Origin: an uncultured virus (IMG/VR IMGVR_UViG_3300046718_001244)
Lineage: Duplodnaviria; Heunggongvirae; Uroviricota; Caudoviricetes
IMG/VR virus record: IMGVR_UViG_3300046718_001244
DNA: 20,000 bases
Direction: 5' to 3' (one strand)
The stretch's first letter is position 1, and each line of letters begins with the position of its first letter. The position numbers and the translations under genes are program-made. Positions 1-8,204 of the stretch are shown one piece after another. A model generated the notes under the pieces. The model searched no databases. It was not told where the DNA came from and worked only from the letters and a program-made list of their open reading frames with translations.

Positions 1-1270
1 CCGTGAGCGTGAAGGGTCCGAGGCCCGCGACGTTCTTGATCGTGTACGTGTTGCCGTGCAGGTGAGCGGCGCCCACCTCGAACTGAAACTGCTGGCCGAT
101 GGCCCAGCCCCCGCCTGGCGCGGTCGCGGCCGATAGAGTCTTGGTCCCAAGGACATTGTCGACCGAGAGCGCGATCGTCGTCCCCGCCGTGGCGCTCACC
201 ATCTGAAAGACGGAGTCGGTGATGCCGCCGTTCGGCAGGTTCGCCGTCACCGTCACGTTCTGGCTTCCGTAGATCGTGAGGTTACTCGGCATCGCCAGCG
301 CGGACTGGCAGGACCAGGCTCCGCCGGCCATCACGAGCGCGGTGCCCGTCAGAGCGCACGCAGGCGCGATGTTCGAGAGCAGGCGCGGCCAGTCGTCCGC
401 TCCGCCACCGAGCGGGTCGACGATGACCGATCCGCCTACGGTGCCGCCGAGCCGACGGATGACTTCACCGCTCGTCGCCAGCGCGTGGCCGCCATCGAGG
501 CCGGAGTTGCTGTCGAGTCCTCCGCCGGCGACGACCCACGTGACCTGCTTCTGCGCGGAGAGGCTTGTCCCGCTGGTGACGACGCTGACCTTCCACTGCG
601 TCGTCGACTTGTCGTACTTGTACCGGACGACGAGCGCCTCATAAGGCAGGTACGAGGAGGCGCCGAAGTTGCCCGGCCCAAGGGCACCCCCCACGAACTC
701 CACCGTCGTGCCCGCGCCGGCGTTGACGAGGATCGGAGAGACCATGGTGCCCGTCGCGCGGATGAGGATCTCGAAGCCGTCCGCGTTCGCCATCGCGGCG
801 GCGGTCGGCAGGTTGAGGACCGTCTGACCGCCCGACGCGTCGCAGGAGAGGTTGGGTCGTGCGAAGGCCACGGCCAGGGTCGTCCCGGCGGCGACGTCGG
901 TCCACGGGAGAAGCGACTGCGGCGAGCCCGCGGTCGCGATCGATCCGAAGTACGTCGTCCCGTCGAAGTAAAAGTTGACGAGCGTCACCTGCCCCGGGCC
1001 CGAGAGAAGGATCGGGGGTGTGCCGCCGATCCACGAGACGGAACCCGGCCAGACGACGCTTCGGCCGCCCGTGCCATCCTGGGTGAGCACGAGCGCGAGG
1101 TTGCAGCCGCCGGGCGGATTGACGAAGGTCGGCGTCACCGTCGCCGCGTTGAGCGTCATGGCCTGGACCGACCCCTTGGTCCAGTCGACCGCCGGCGCCG
1201 CGCCCGAGTTTCCTTTGACGAACTCCGGGAAGAACGAGAGAAGCCTCTGCCAGACGACGTTCGCGCTCAT
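1..1270 (-). CDS. Modular spike / tail-fibre-like receptor-binding protein (partial, runs off left edge, at least 423 aa)
   Basis: Read manually; absent from the ORF track because there is no stop in the window. ATG at 1270 gives MSANVVWQRLLSFFPEFVKGNSGAAPAVDWTKGSVQAMTLN...LTQDGTGGRSVVWPGSVSWIGGTPPILLSGPGQVTLVNFYFDGTTYFG (common phage fibre module). It continues TVLNLPTAAA...VVRYKYDKSTTQW, GGGLDSNSGLDGGHALAT and GADDWPRL...ALAMPSNLTIYGSQNV (start of a pectate-lyase-like beta-helix). Codons are strongly G/C-ending. Confidence 0.75.
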   Translation of the reverse strand, partial: MSANVVWQRLLSFFPEFVKGNSGAAPAVDWTKGSVQAMTLNAATVTPTFVNPPGGCNLALVLTQDGTGGRSVVWPGSVSWIGGTPPILLSGPGQVTLVNFYFDGTTYFGSIATAGSPQSLLPWTDVAAGTTLAVAFARPNLSCDASGGQTVLNLPTAAAMANADGFEILIRATGTMVSPILVNAGAGTTVEFVGGALGPGNFGASSYLPYEALVVRYKYDKSTTQWKVSVVTSGTSLSAQKQVTWVVAGGGLDSNSGLDGGHALATSGEVIRRLGGTVGGSVIVDPLGGGADDWPRLLSNIAPACALTGTALVMAGGAWSCQSALAMPSNLTIYGSQNVTVTANLPNGGITDSVFQMVSATAGTTIALSVDNVLGTKTLSAATAPGGGWAIGQQFQFEVGAAHLHGNTYTIKNVAGLGPFTLT

Positions 1271-1287
1271 GGTGTTCTTCTCTCGCC

Positions 1288-1722
1288 TTACGGCTGCGGG
1301 GTTTCGACGTAGCGCACGATGCAGAAACCGGCACCGGCGACCGGTCCTCCGAACACCGTGACCGTCACCTTCGAGCCCACGACGCCCCACCCCGTGCTCT
1401 GGGGAGCAGCATAGAGGCCTGCGGAGGTCGGGACGCTGTCGGTCGTCGCCATCAGAAGCGCAAGGGACGTCGCGCTGCCGACCTCGATCGTCGTGCCGGG
1501 GCTGTAGGGCGTCGTCCCGGGGCTCTGGGTGTCGATCGCGGCGTAGACGACGTCGGCGTTCGCGGGGATCGCCGTGGCCGACGTCTGGGTGGCGCCGGTG
1601 CCAATCGCGAACCGGACCTCGGTGACCGCGGCCTCCCCTCCGCCGCTCGGGGAGGCTCCGCCGCCGACGAGGTTCTCGAGACGCTTGAGACGGCGTTTCG
1701 TGCTGAGGCTCTGCTCATCCAT
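1288..1722 (-). CDS. Putative virion structural protein (short helix, Gly linker, beta-sandwich/jelly-roll-like domain), 144 aa
   Basis: KRRLKRLENLV-GGGASPSGGG is followed by IPANADVV...TIEVG...VTVTV...AGAGFCIVRY, a pattern resembling phage decoration/vertex proteins. It overlaps the upstream gene by 8 nt. Confidence 0.6.
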   Translation of the reverse strand: MDEQSLSTKRRLKRLENLVGGGASPSGGGEAAVTEVRFAIGTGATQTSATAIPANADVVYAAIDTQSPGTTPYSPGTTIEVGSATSLALLMATTDSVPTSAGLYAAPQSTGWGVVGSKVTVTVFGGPVAGAGFCIVRYVETPQP

Positions 1723-2233
1723 GGCTCACCCGCGCTCCCATCGATCGGATCGCGTCCGCGATCCTCTCCCTCTGAACGTACCCCACAACCCCCGCCGTTA
1801 CGACAAGCGCCGTGCCAAGGACCCAGGGCCAGGTGCTCGGAGGGCGGCGGATGGGAATGGCTCCGGCCCACGGAGCTTCGGGAAGAGCGCTCTCGCCTGC
1901 GCTTCCTTGGAGCACCCACGCTCCGGAGAGCGTGTAGATGTTCGGGGCGACGATGACGATGCTCTTCGACCAGGAGAGCGTTCCCGTGAAGGAGGCGTCT
2001 TTCACGACCGCCGCGATCTGCTTGCGATCGGTGTCCGGGTCCTTCGGAGGACCTCCGCTCTCGCCTTGCTCGAAGTAGCTGAGGATCGAGAGGCCCGGGA
2101 AGTACTTCGCGAGCGCGCCGTCGATCTTCGCTCGTGTCGTGGAAGAAGAGACGCTCGCGACGACCGCGTAGGTTGATCCAGGAGAGAGGGGGACGTCCTC
2201 TCCGCCCGGGAGCGCCTTCCACGAGGCGGTCAC
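1715..2233 (-). CDS. Hypothetical protein with C-terminal transmembrane anchor, 172 aa
   Basis: GTG start overlaps the upstream TGA (GTGA). WPWVLGTALVVTAGVVGYV followed by basic QRER is a typical TM anchor. Confidence 0.75.
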   Translation of the reverse strand: MTASWKALPGGEDVPLSPGSTYAVVASVSSSTTRAKIDGALAKYFPGLSILSYFEQGESGGPPKDPDTDRKQIAAVVKDASFTGTLSWSKSIVIVAPNIYTLSGAWVLQGSAGESALPEAPWAGAIPIRRPPSTWPWVLGTALVVTAGVVGYVQRERIADAIRSMGARVSHG

Positions 2234-3444
2234 TTGCCGATGAGGCCCTTGGCCCCCTCGAGAGCGCCGTCGAAGATCTTGCCCCAGAAGTAGCCGATGC
2301 CCTGCTGCGTCAGAAACGCGTAGAGCGATCCGCCGGCGGCCGCCGCGAGAACGGCGCTCCCTCCGACGACGACGGCCTTGCCTCCGATGGGAAGGGCGTT
2401 GAAGTTGGCGGTGAGTGCGGCGAGGGCAGTCGGGGGTGGGGCGGGGGGGCCGAGGTGGAAGTCGAGGTGCTTTTTTCCCGGGGGCGGCGGAGGTACGAAG
2501 GCGCCGGAGTTGACGAGGACGATCCGCGGCGAGGTGAAGTCCATGCCGGCGGGCGCGGGCGGCACGGTGAAGGCCGCCCAGTCCTGCGCCTCGTTGAGGT
2601 TCGAGGGGGGGTTACTCTGGTAGTACCCATCGCTCACGATCTTCTGGACGGGTCCGAAGCCGTAATAGACGTTGGGGTCCTTGCCCGCCTTGGCCGCGGG
2701 CGTCGTGCCGCTCTCTTGACCCCAGAGGCCGAGGACGTCCGGCGTGACCGATCCGTCGAGCTCCGCGATCGGCGGGATGAAGTAGCCGATGGGAGGTCCT
2801 GCGTGGACGGCGTTCCAGACGGCGACGACCGCATCGACGATGGATCCAGGGGGCATGCCGCCCTTGCAGTTGCCCGCCTGGGCGGCGTACGTCGCGATCG
2901 CGGGGACCGCGAGCGACGCGAACGACCCCGTCGGCATAGAAGGGAGCTGCGACGCATTGCTCGTGAGCAGTTGCGCCGTGGTGAACGGCCCGCCGGTCGT
3001 CTTGCACGGCGGGGCCCCGCAGGGGGTGCCCATGCCTATGGACGCGAAGGCGTTGGTGACCGGGCACGCGATCTGGTTCCCCACGAGCCAGAGGGCCTCG
3101 ATCGCCCCCGCGAGGATCGGCCCCGCGCCGGGGATGAGAGCCGCTCCGCCCGCGATGGCGTGGATGAGGTTCGCGCTGTCGGCGGCGCTGTTGGGGTCGT
3201 AGCCGTGCTGGATCAGCGTCGCGGCCGACTGGGCGCCCTGGGAAACTCTGGCGTTGTTCGTGTCGACGCCGGTCTCGGAGGCGATCGTCTGCTGCACGCT
3301 CGCGCTCTGCGCGGAGAGCCGAGCCTGCAAATCCGCCGAGAACTGCGACGTCGTCAGCGGTCCGCCAAGACCCGTGCCGAGCCCGAGAGGACGGTGGATC
3401 CTCGGCGGAGCGCGCAGGGCGCGGCGAATCGGCGAGGCGTACAT
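2230..3444 (-). CDS. Ala/Gly/Pro-rich membrane-associated putative virion protein, 404 aa
   Basis: Hydrophobic segments LIHAIAGGAALIPGAGPILAGAIEALWLV and AVVVGGSAVLAAAAGGSLYAFL, an amphipathic C-terminus and an N-terminal GLGTGLGG. Codon bias is consistent with coding. Confidence 0.75.
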   Translation of the reverse strand: MYASPIRRALRAPPRIHRPLGLGTGLGGPLTTSQFSADLQARLSAQSASVQQTIASETGVDTNNARVSQGAQSAATLIQHGYDPNSAADSANLIHAIAGGAALIPGAGPILAGAIEALWLVGNQIACPVTNAFASIGMGTPCGAPPCKTTGGPFTTAQLLTSNASQLPSMPTGSFASLAVPAIATYAAQAGNCKGGMPPGSIVDAVVAVWNAVHAGPPIGYFIPPIAELDGSVTPDVLGLWGQESGTTPAAKAGKDPNVYYGFGPVQKIVSDGYYQSNPPSNLNEAQDWAAFTVPPAPAGMDFTSPRIVLVNSGAFVPPPPPGKKHLDFHLGPPAPPPTALAALTANFNALPIGGKAVVVGGSAVLAAAAGGSLYAFLTQQGIGYFWGKIFDGALEGAKGLIGK

Positions 3445-3466
3445 CCACCTCGTATCCTACCCGAGA

Positions 3467-4975
3467 CTAGCCGGCGGGGAAGCCTCGCTTGGGCGGAGGG
3501 GGAGGGGAGGGATCCGGACGCGGCTGGTTCGGGCTCTGGGGCGCTTCGCCGACGCCTTGGGCGCCTGGCCTCGGGGTGCCGTCGACCGCGCTTCGCGGGG
3601 TCTTTCCGACGACCTGGGTGCCGTTCGGGAGGGTAATTTTCGAGAGGAAGTCCTTCGCGCCGTCGCCGAGCTTGTCGACGACCTTCAAGCCCGCCTCCAT
3701 GACGATCGGGTTTCCGAGGAGGATCCCCTTGAGGCTCATCTCGCCCTCGTCGTCGGTCGCGTACATCACCGGTCGTCCATCCGGCCAGCGCGATCCCACG
3801 TCGGTCATGCGGAAGGGCGGCGGAGGGATCGGCTCGGCGACCTCGGGCTCGGGAGGCTCGATGGGCTCAGGGGGCTCCGGCGGAGGCGCGCCGACGCCGG
3901 CGATGGCCGTGCGCATCTGATCCCTGACCACCTTGCCCACGGCTCCCGCGGCTTCTCTCAGGACCCCCGTCAGCATCGACTCCATCTCGGTGACGAGAGG
4001 ATTCGGGGGGGCGGTGTTGGGGGAGGCAGGAGCGGGCGGGGGAACACCGGGGACGGCGCCGAGTTCCTTGAAGGCCCGGACGATTCCCTTGGCGACCATG
4101 TCCTCGACGCTGCCGAGGCCGGGGGAGGTCGAAGCTGCGGTGGGCGCGGGCGCGGCGGCGGTGGGGAGAGGGGCCGGGGGAAGTCCCGCGGCCGCTCGTC
4201 GCTCCTGGCGCTCTTCGCGGAAGATGGCGAGCACCTCGGCGAGCGCACCTTCGGTCTGCGCCATCCGACCCATCAGCGCGTCGACATCGGGGTTGCGGGA
4301 GCCCTGGGGCAAGGGGGCGGCCTGCGGGTAGGCGGGCTGCGCGTAGCCGAGGCCCGAGGGCACCGGGCGATACGCGGGCGGAGGACCTTCCTGCCTCACC
4401 TCTCCCACACCGGAGAGTCGATCGATCTCGGCGGGGGATCCCAAGTAGAGCTTGCGGTTCTTGGACATCCAGGAGCCGTTCAAGCGATGTACGAAGTTGA
4501 CTTCGTAGGTCTTGTCGGTCGTCGCGTACCGTCGGTGGATCCGATCGGTGATGAGCGCCTGGAGCATGTCGCCGGGGCTCGCGTCGGGCGCGAGCAGCTC
4601 GGAGAAGCTCACCTTGCCGAGCATGCGGTAGGGTGATCCATCGAGAGGGAAGACCTGCGCGTCGATGCCGTGGATGTCTCCGAGCCCCTGAAACTTCCGA
4701 AACCTCCGCGCGATCTCGTTCGCGGTCTCCGCGGCGAGGTTGCTCGGCCAGGGCGCATTCGGGTTGTCCTCGTCGGGAGGAGGAGCGGCGCCGATGCCGA
4801 CGTTCTTGCGGGTCTTCGGGCGCTCGATCGGGGGCTGCCGATTGGGGCTCGGGCCGGGCGCAGGGGGCGCCTCCGGCTCTTCGGCCGCGTCGTCTCCCCC
4901 GCTCGACTCCTCGAGCGATCCGATCGCCTTGCCCACGTCGTCGTCGCTCTTGTCAGCCATGCTGGATTTGCTCAT
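3467..4975 (-). CDS. Pro-rich hypothetical protein, 502 aa (true start MSKSSMADK..., not the 815 aa track ORF)
   Basis: ATG at 4975 overlaps the TGA of the upstream gene (ATGA). The upstream extension in the track is Arg-rich shadow of 4972-6252. Contains seven G-[LVI]-G motifs. Confidence 0.75.
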   Translation of the reverse strand: MSKSSMADKSDDDVGKAIGSLEESSGGDDAAEEPEAPPAPGPSPNRQPPIERPKTRKNVGIGAAPPPDEDNPNAPWPSNLAAETANEIARRFRKFQGLGDIHGIDAQVFPLDGSPYRMLGKVSFSELLAPDASPGDMLQALITDRIHRRYATTDKTYEVNFVHRLNGSWMSKNRKLYLGSPAEIDRLSGVGEVRQEGPPPAYRPVPSGLGYAQPAYPQAAPLPQGSRNPDVDALMGRMAQTEGALAEVLAIFREERQERRAAAGLPPAPLPTAAAPAPTAASTSPGLGSVEDMVAKGIVRAFKELGAVPGVPPPAPASPNTAPPNPLVTEMESMLTGVLREAAGAVGKVVRDQMRTAIAGVGAPPPEPPEPIEPPEPEVAEPIPPPPFRMTDVGSRWPDGRPVMYATDDEGEMSLKGILLGNPIVMEAGLKVVDKLGDGAKDFLSKITLPNGTQVVGKTPRSAVDGTPRPGAQGVGEAPQSPNQPRPDPSPPPPPKRGFPAG

Positions 4976-6252
4976 GCCACCGTCTCGGAGACTTCGGTGA
5001 GAACGACGTTCTGGATGGCGGTCTTCATCAGGTTGCCGAAGCAGTCGAGGACCGCGGCGAGAAGGGCCGGACCTCCGCGGTTTTCGGCCACGAGAAAGAG
5101 GTTCTCGAAGTAGGACCTCTCGGAGAGGACGGGATCGGTGTAGGCCGACCCTCGGTTGAGGAGGTCGACGCGCGAGAGGCCGAAGCGGCTCGTGGCGCCC
5201 CCGATGACAGGTCCCACCGTCGCGGAGGCTCCTGACCCGCCTCCGGTCGGATCGAAGATGACGAGGGATCCATCTCCGGGGATCTCCGTGTAACCGTCTC
5301 CTCCATCGACGAGGGTCACCGTCAAGGCGCCTTCCTCGCCAATCGAGATCCCGAAGGTCGCGGGCTTCCCGCGGAGCATGTTGGCGCCGAGCTTCGCGCC
5401 AAACTTCTTCGTGTCCCGTGAGGGATCCCTCGCCACGACCTTCGGCGTCACGATGTACTGACCGGGATCGGTGAGGATCACCTTCGTAATCCGGCCCATC
5501 GCGTCGAAGGTCGCGTGCGCCTTGGCCACTCGTCCCCCGACGGGCTCGGCGTCGAGGAAGGCGATGACCGTCGTCGACGGGTTGTAGCCGATGCCCGGAT
5601 CGAGGATCGCGACGTCGCCGAAGGTCGCGAGCTCGTTTGCGACGTTGGTCGGAGGATCGGAGATCCTCGTACCCACACCATCCGATCCGCGAAAGACGAG
5701 CGGGGCCCCCGGTTGCATCAGGGGATTCAGGGGATCGGGGAGCTGCACGTCGGTGGCGGTTCCCTTCGGGAATCCGCCGATGAGGTTCACGGTGGTCTCG
5801 CTCGAATAGCCGCCTCCGTGCGCCGTGGTGGTGACGCCGATGATCTCCATGTAGGAGGCGAGCTTCGCGCCTCGTCCCGGAGGGCTGACGACGTCCGGAG
5901 GGCCATTGAGCCACTCGGCGAGGGTCTGACCGGAGGGATCGAAGACGAGGAAGGAAGGAGGCTTGATGAGGCCCGACCCTGCATGGGTCACCGTGGTGCT
6001 GAGGATCGGGCTCGCGTCTTGCCCGGGGGCCAAGGCGGCCGTTGCTGTAGGAGGATCGGGCGAGTTGATGCGGAGCACGATCGTCCGGGTCGCAGGAGGA
6101 CCCGCTGCAGGGGTGTCCGAGACGACGTAGACCCCGAGGTCGAAGAGGGTCCGGAGCGGCAGAGGGACCGCCGCGAGCGCCGCGGCGATGTTGGCCGGGG
6201 TCTGCCCCTTGACAGGGACGGTGTAGGTGACGGTGACGAGAGGCAGCGCCAT
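4972..6252 (-). CDS. Putative virion structural protein with about six G-x-G-Y beta repeats, 426 aa
   Basis: Repeats VTHAGSGLIKPP, TTAHGGGYSSETTV, ILDPGIGYNPSTTV, ILTDPGQYIVTP, LVDGGDGYTEIP...GGGSGASATV and LLNRGSAYTDP resemble the 'V.i...GsGY...P.v.i.gg.G.GA.a' repeats of phage structural proteins. Confidence 0.7.
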   Translation of the reverse strand: MALPLVTVTYTVPVKGQTPANIAAALAAVPLPLRTLFDLGVYVVSDTPAAGPPATRTIVLRINSPDPPTATAALAPGQDASPILSTTVTHAGSGLIKPPSFLVFDPSGQTLAEWLNGPPDVVSPPGRGAKLASYMEIIGVTTTAHGGGYSSETTVNLIGGFPKGTATDVQLPDPLNPLMQPGAPLVFRGSDGVGTRISDPPTNVANELATFGDVAILDPGIGYNPSTTVIAFLDAEPVGGRVAKAHATFDAMGRITKVILTDPGQYIVTPKVVARDPSRDTKKFGAKLGANMLRGKPATFGISIGEEGALTVTLVDGGDGYTEIPGDGSLVIFDPTGGGSGASATVGPVIGGATSRFGLSRVDLLNRGSAYTDPVLSERSYFENLFLVAENRGGPALLAAVLDCFGNLMKTAIQNVVLTEVSETVA

Positions 6253-6259
6253 GAGACCG

Positions 6260-6265
6260 AGTCTA
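6260..6265 (-). promoter_or_regulatory. Putative -10 element (TAGACT) for a leaderless transcript
   Basis: TAGACT lies exactly 7 nt before the ATG at 6252 and its TAG is also the stop of the upstream gene. There is no SD in the 7-nt spacer. Confidence 0.45.
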
Positions 6266-6877
6266 CTGCACTCCGGGGGTCGGTGCTCCGGTGGGTGACG
6301 GAGGGGTCTCGGGCTCGTCGGGCTCCTCCTCCTCCTCCTCTTCGTCTTCGTCGGCGTACTCGCCGCTCTCGATCGACTCGGCCAGTTGCTCAGGGGTGAG
6401 CCGGTCGGCCTCGAGCACCGAGTCGGCCGTCTTCTCGCGGAGGTATTCCGCGATGAGGATCCTCTCTCGGTCGATGGGGCGCATGTCGTAGGCGAGCAGG
6501 CTCCAGTCGGCCGCCATCGCGGTGATGAAGGCCTCGGCGTTCATCATCTCGACGAAGTAGACCGGGCCCTTCTTCGAGAGGTGCACGCACCGGGGCATCG
6601 CCTCGGCGGGGGTCTTCGGGGTGCTGCCGGGCAGCGTGTACACCCGGAACTCCTCCTCGTCGTGGAAGATCCCGCGGACCTTGTGGGCCGGAAAGAGGAC
6701 GTCGTCCTCGCCGAGCCGGACGACGAGGGCGTTCGAGGGATCGCTCGGCCGTCCGTCGGCGGCGGGCGGGCCGTACCAGACGACCTGGTAGCCGACGGGC
6801 AGGGTCTCCGGATCGGCCCCGCTCTCCTTGAAGATGCGGCGGATGACTTCCTCGGAAGTGAGCGTCTTCGTTGTCAT
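6263..6877 (-). CDS. Hypothetical protein with acidic/Pro-rich C-terminal tail, 204 aa
   Basis: Clean ORF with good codon bias. The tail is ADEDEEEEEEEPDEPETPPSP. Confidence 0.75.
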   Translation of the reverse strand: MTTKTLTSEEVIRRIFKESGADPETLPVGYQVVWYGPPAADGRPSDPSNALVVRLGEDDVLFPAHKVRGIFHDEEEFRVYTLPGSTPKTPAEAMPRCVHLSKKGPVYFVEMMNAEAFITAMAADWSLLAYDMRPIDRERILIAEYLREKTADSVLEADRLTPEQLAESIESGEYADEDEEEEEEEPDEPETPPSPTGAPTPGVQ

Positions 6878-6884
6878 GGGTGAT

Positions 6885-6914
6885 CCCCTAGTGCGGGATC
6901 GATCGCGCTGTCAA
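6885..6914 (-). promoter_or_regulatory. Putative sigma70-type promoter TTGACA-N18-TAGGGG
   Basis: A perfect TTGACA (6914-6909) lies in the 49-bp intergenic gap. The weak -10 (6890-6885) sits 7 nt before the ATG at 6877. Confidence 0.4.
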
Positions 6915-6926
6915 AGGATGCGCGGA

Positions 6927-7934
6927 TCAGCCGTGCGGTGCGTGCGCCACCTTGTGGACCGTGAGCGCCTTGGCGGTTTTGCTCACCCAGGTACATCGGT
7001 GGGTGATGTGGCCGTTCTCGCGGAAGCTGTAGTACTCGCCCTTCTTCGCGGAAGAAGCGACGATGACGTGGTCCACAAACTTCACCTCGCTATCGAGCGC
7101 GCCTTCCTGCACGGCCTTGCAGATCGAGGCGGTGAGGCGCTTGTCCTCGGGGGAGGGTCGACAGTGACCGCTCGGGTGGACGTGCACGACGAGAAAGCCC
7201 ATGGCGTTGGTGTGGATCACCGGGCGAAAGATGTCGCTCTTATTGACAGTGACGCGGTTCATCTGGCCGCGCGCGACTTCGACGGGCTTGCACTGGAGCT
7301 GGCCTCGGAGATCGATGGGCAGGACCAGGAAGACCTCCTGGCTCTCTTTCGATAGGGAAGGTCCGACGATGCGGTAGACGTCGGCGGCCGAGGCGCAGGG
7401 TCCCAAGGCTCGGCCTTCCTCGATCTCCTTCGGATCTCGGGTGTTTCGGGCGTAAGGGGACACTTCCTTCGCCGCGGCGCTCGCGGGGATCGGCTTCTCG
7501 CAGGCGATGATGACCTTGCGGCCTCCGCCTTCGGACGCGCGTAGCCTCGTGCGCTCGGCCGTCACCTTGGTGATTCTGGTCGACTCGATCTCGGTCGTGG
7601 GCGCATGCGCCGAGGGATCCGGGCAGGGGGACGTGGGCACGCCCTCGGGGTGAGAATGGCTGCACGGATCTTCCGCGGCGCGTGACGGGTACATGACGTC
7701 CGAGAGGTGCTTGCGTGCCGAAGCCATGCCGCCGCCGAGTGTCGAGCGCGTCGAGACGTGCTCCGGTATGACGTTTCGGCCCATGTACCAGACCTGGACT
7801 TCGCCATCCTTCGGAATGAGCTCGTAGTGGCCTCCGGAAGGAGAGGTCGCGAGCCAGTGGCCGTCGCTCCGCTCGTGCCAGTGGAGCGATCCCGGAACGT
7901 CCTGCGCGATCCCTTCTTCGTACGCGTGCAGCAT
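6927..7934 (-). CDS. RadC-like JAB/MPN domain protein with long novel N-terminal region, about 335 aa
   Basis: The C-terminal domain has SQEVFLVLPID...HVHPSGHCRPSPEDKRLT...FVDHVIV...YYSFRENG, the intact JAB E...HxHx10D motif of RadC type. Start taken at ATG 7934 (MLHAYEEG), which is preceded by an extended -10. Confidence 0.85.
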   Translation of the reverse strand: MLHAYEEGIAQDVPGSLHWHERSDGHWLATSPSGGHYELIPKDGEVQVWYMGRNVIPEHVSTRSTLGGGMASARKHLSDVMYPSRAAEDPCSHSHPEGVPTSPCPDPSAHAPTTEIESTRITKVTAERTRLRASEGGGRKVIIACEKPIPASAAAKEVSPYARNTRDPKEIEEGRALGPCASAADVYRIVGPSLSKESQEVFLVLPIDLRGQLQCKPVEVARGQMNRVTVNKSDIFRPVIHTNAMGFLVVHVHPSGHCRPSPEDKRLTASICKAVQEGALDSEVKFVDHVIVASSAKKGEYYSFRENGHITHRCTWVSKTAKALTVHKVAHAPHG

Positions 7935-7941
7935 GCGCAAC

Positions 7942-7950
7942 AGCCTACCA
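7942..7950 (-). promoter_or_regulatory. Putative extended -10 (TGG-TAGGCT) leaderless promoter of the JAB gene
   Basis: TGGTAGGCT lies 7 nt before ATG 7934, with no SD. Confidence 0.5.
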
Positions 7951-7970
7951 CGTGCTTGGCTTAGGCGAGG

Positions 7971-8204
7971 ATGACCCTGCCCGAGGGACCCGAGAGCGAC
8001 ACGTGCGTGTGCGGAAGCACCCACTGGCACGCGATGAAGGGGCCGAAGATCCTCTGGTGCCGACGATGCGGGTGCATCCGGGCCCTCTTCGAGGACAAGT
8101 GGAGCGTGCCGCTCGACCGGGTCGGCGACATTGCGCGATCCGTCTCGGTCCCCGACGAGGAGCCGACGAAGCCCGGGACGCCGAAGGCGAAGAGGGAACC
8201 CTAG
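7971..8204 (+). CDS. Small Zn-ribbon-like protein, 77 aa
   Basis: CVCGSTHW...WCRRCGC. It fills the gap between two minus-strand genes and shares the CTAG stop palindrome with 8201-8407. Confidence 0.55.
   Translation: MTLPEGPESDTCVCGSTHWHAMKGPKILWCRRCGCIRALFEDKWSVPLDRVGDIARSVSVPDEEPTKPGTPKAKREP

Noticed and set aside
4976..5914. N-terminal 313 aa of the 815-aa track ORF 3467..5914
   Set aside because: It is an Arg-rich off-frame shadow of the real gene 4972-6252. The ATGA overlap at 4972-4975 marks the true start.
6323..6352. (TCC)n microsatellite as a contingency locus
   Set aside because: It simply encodes the poly-Glu tail in frame, and triplet slippage would not switch expression.
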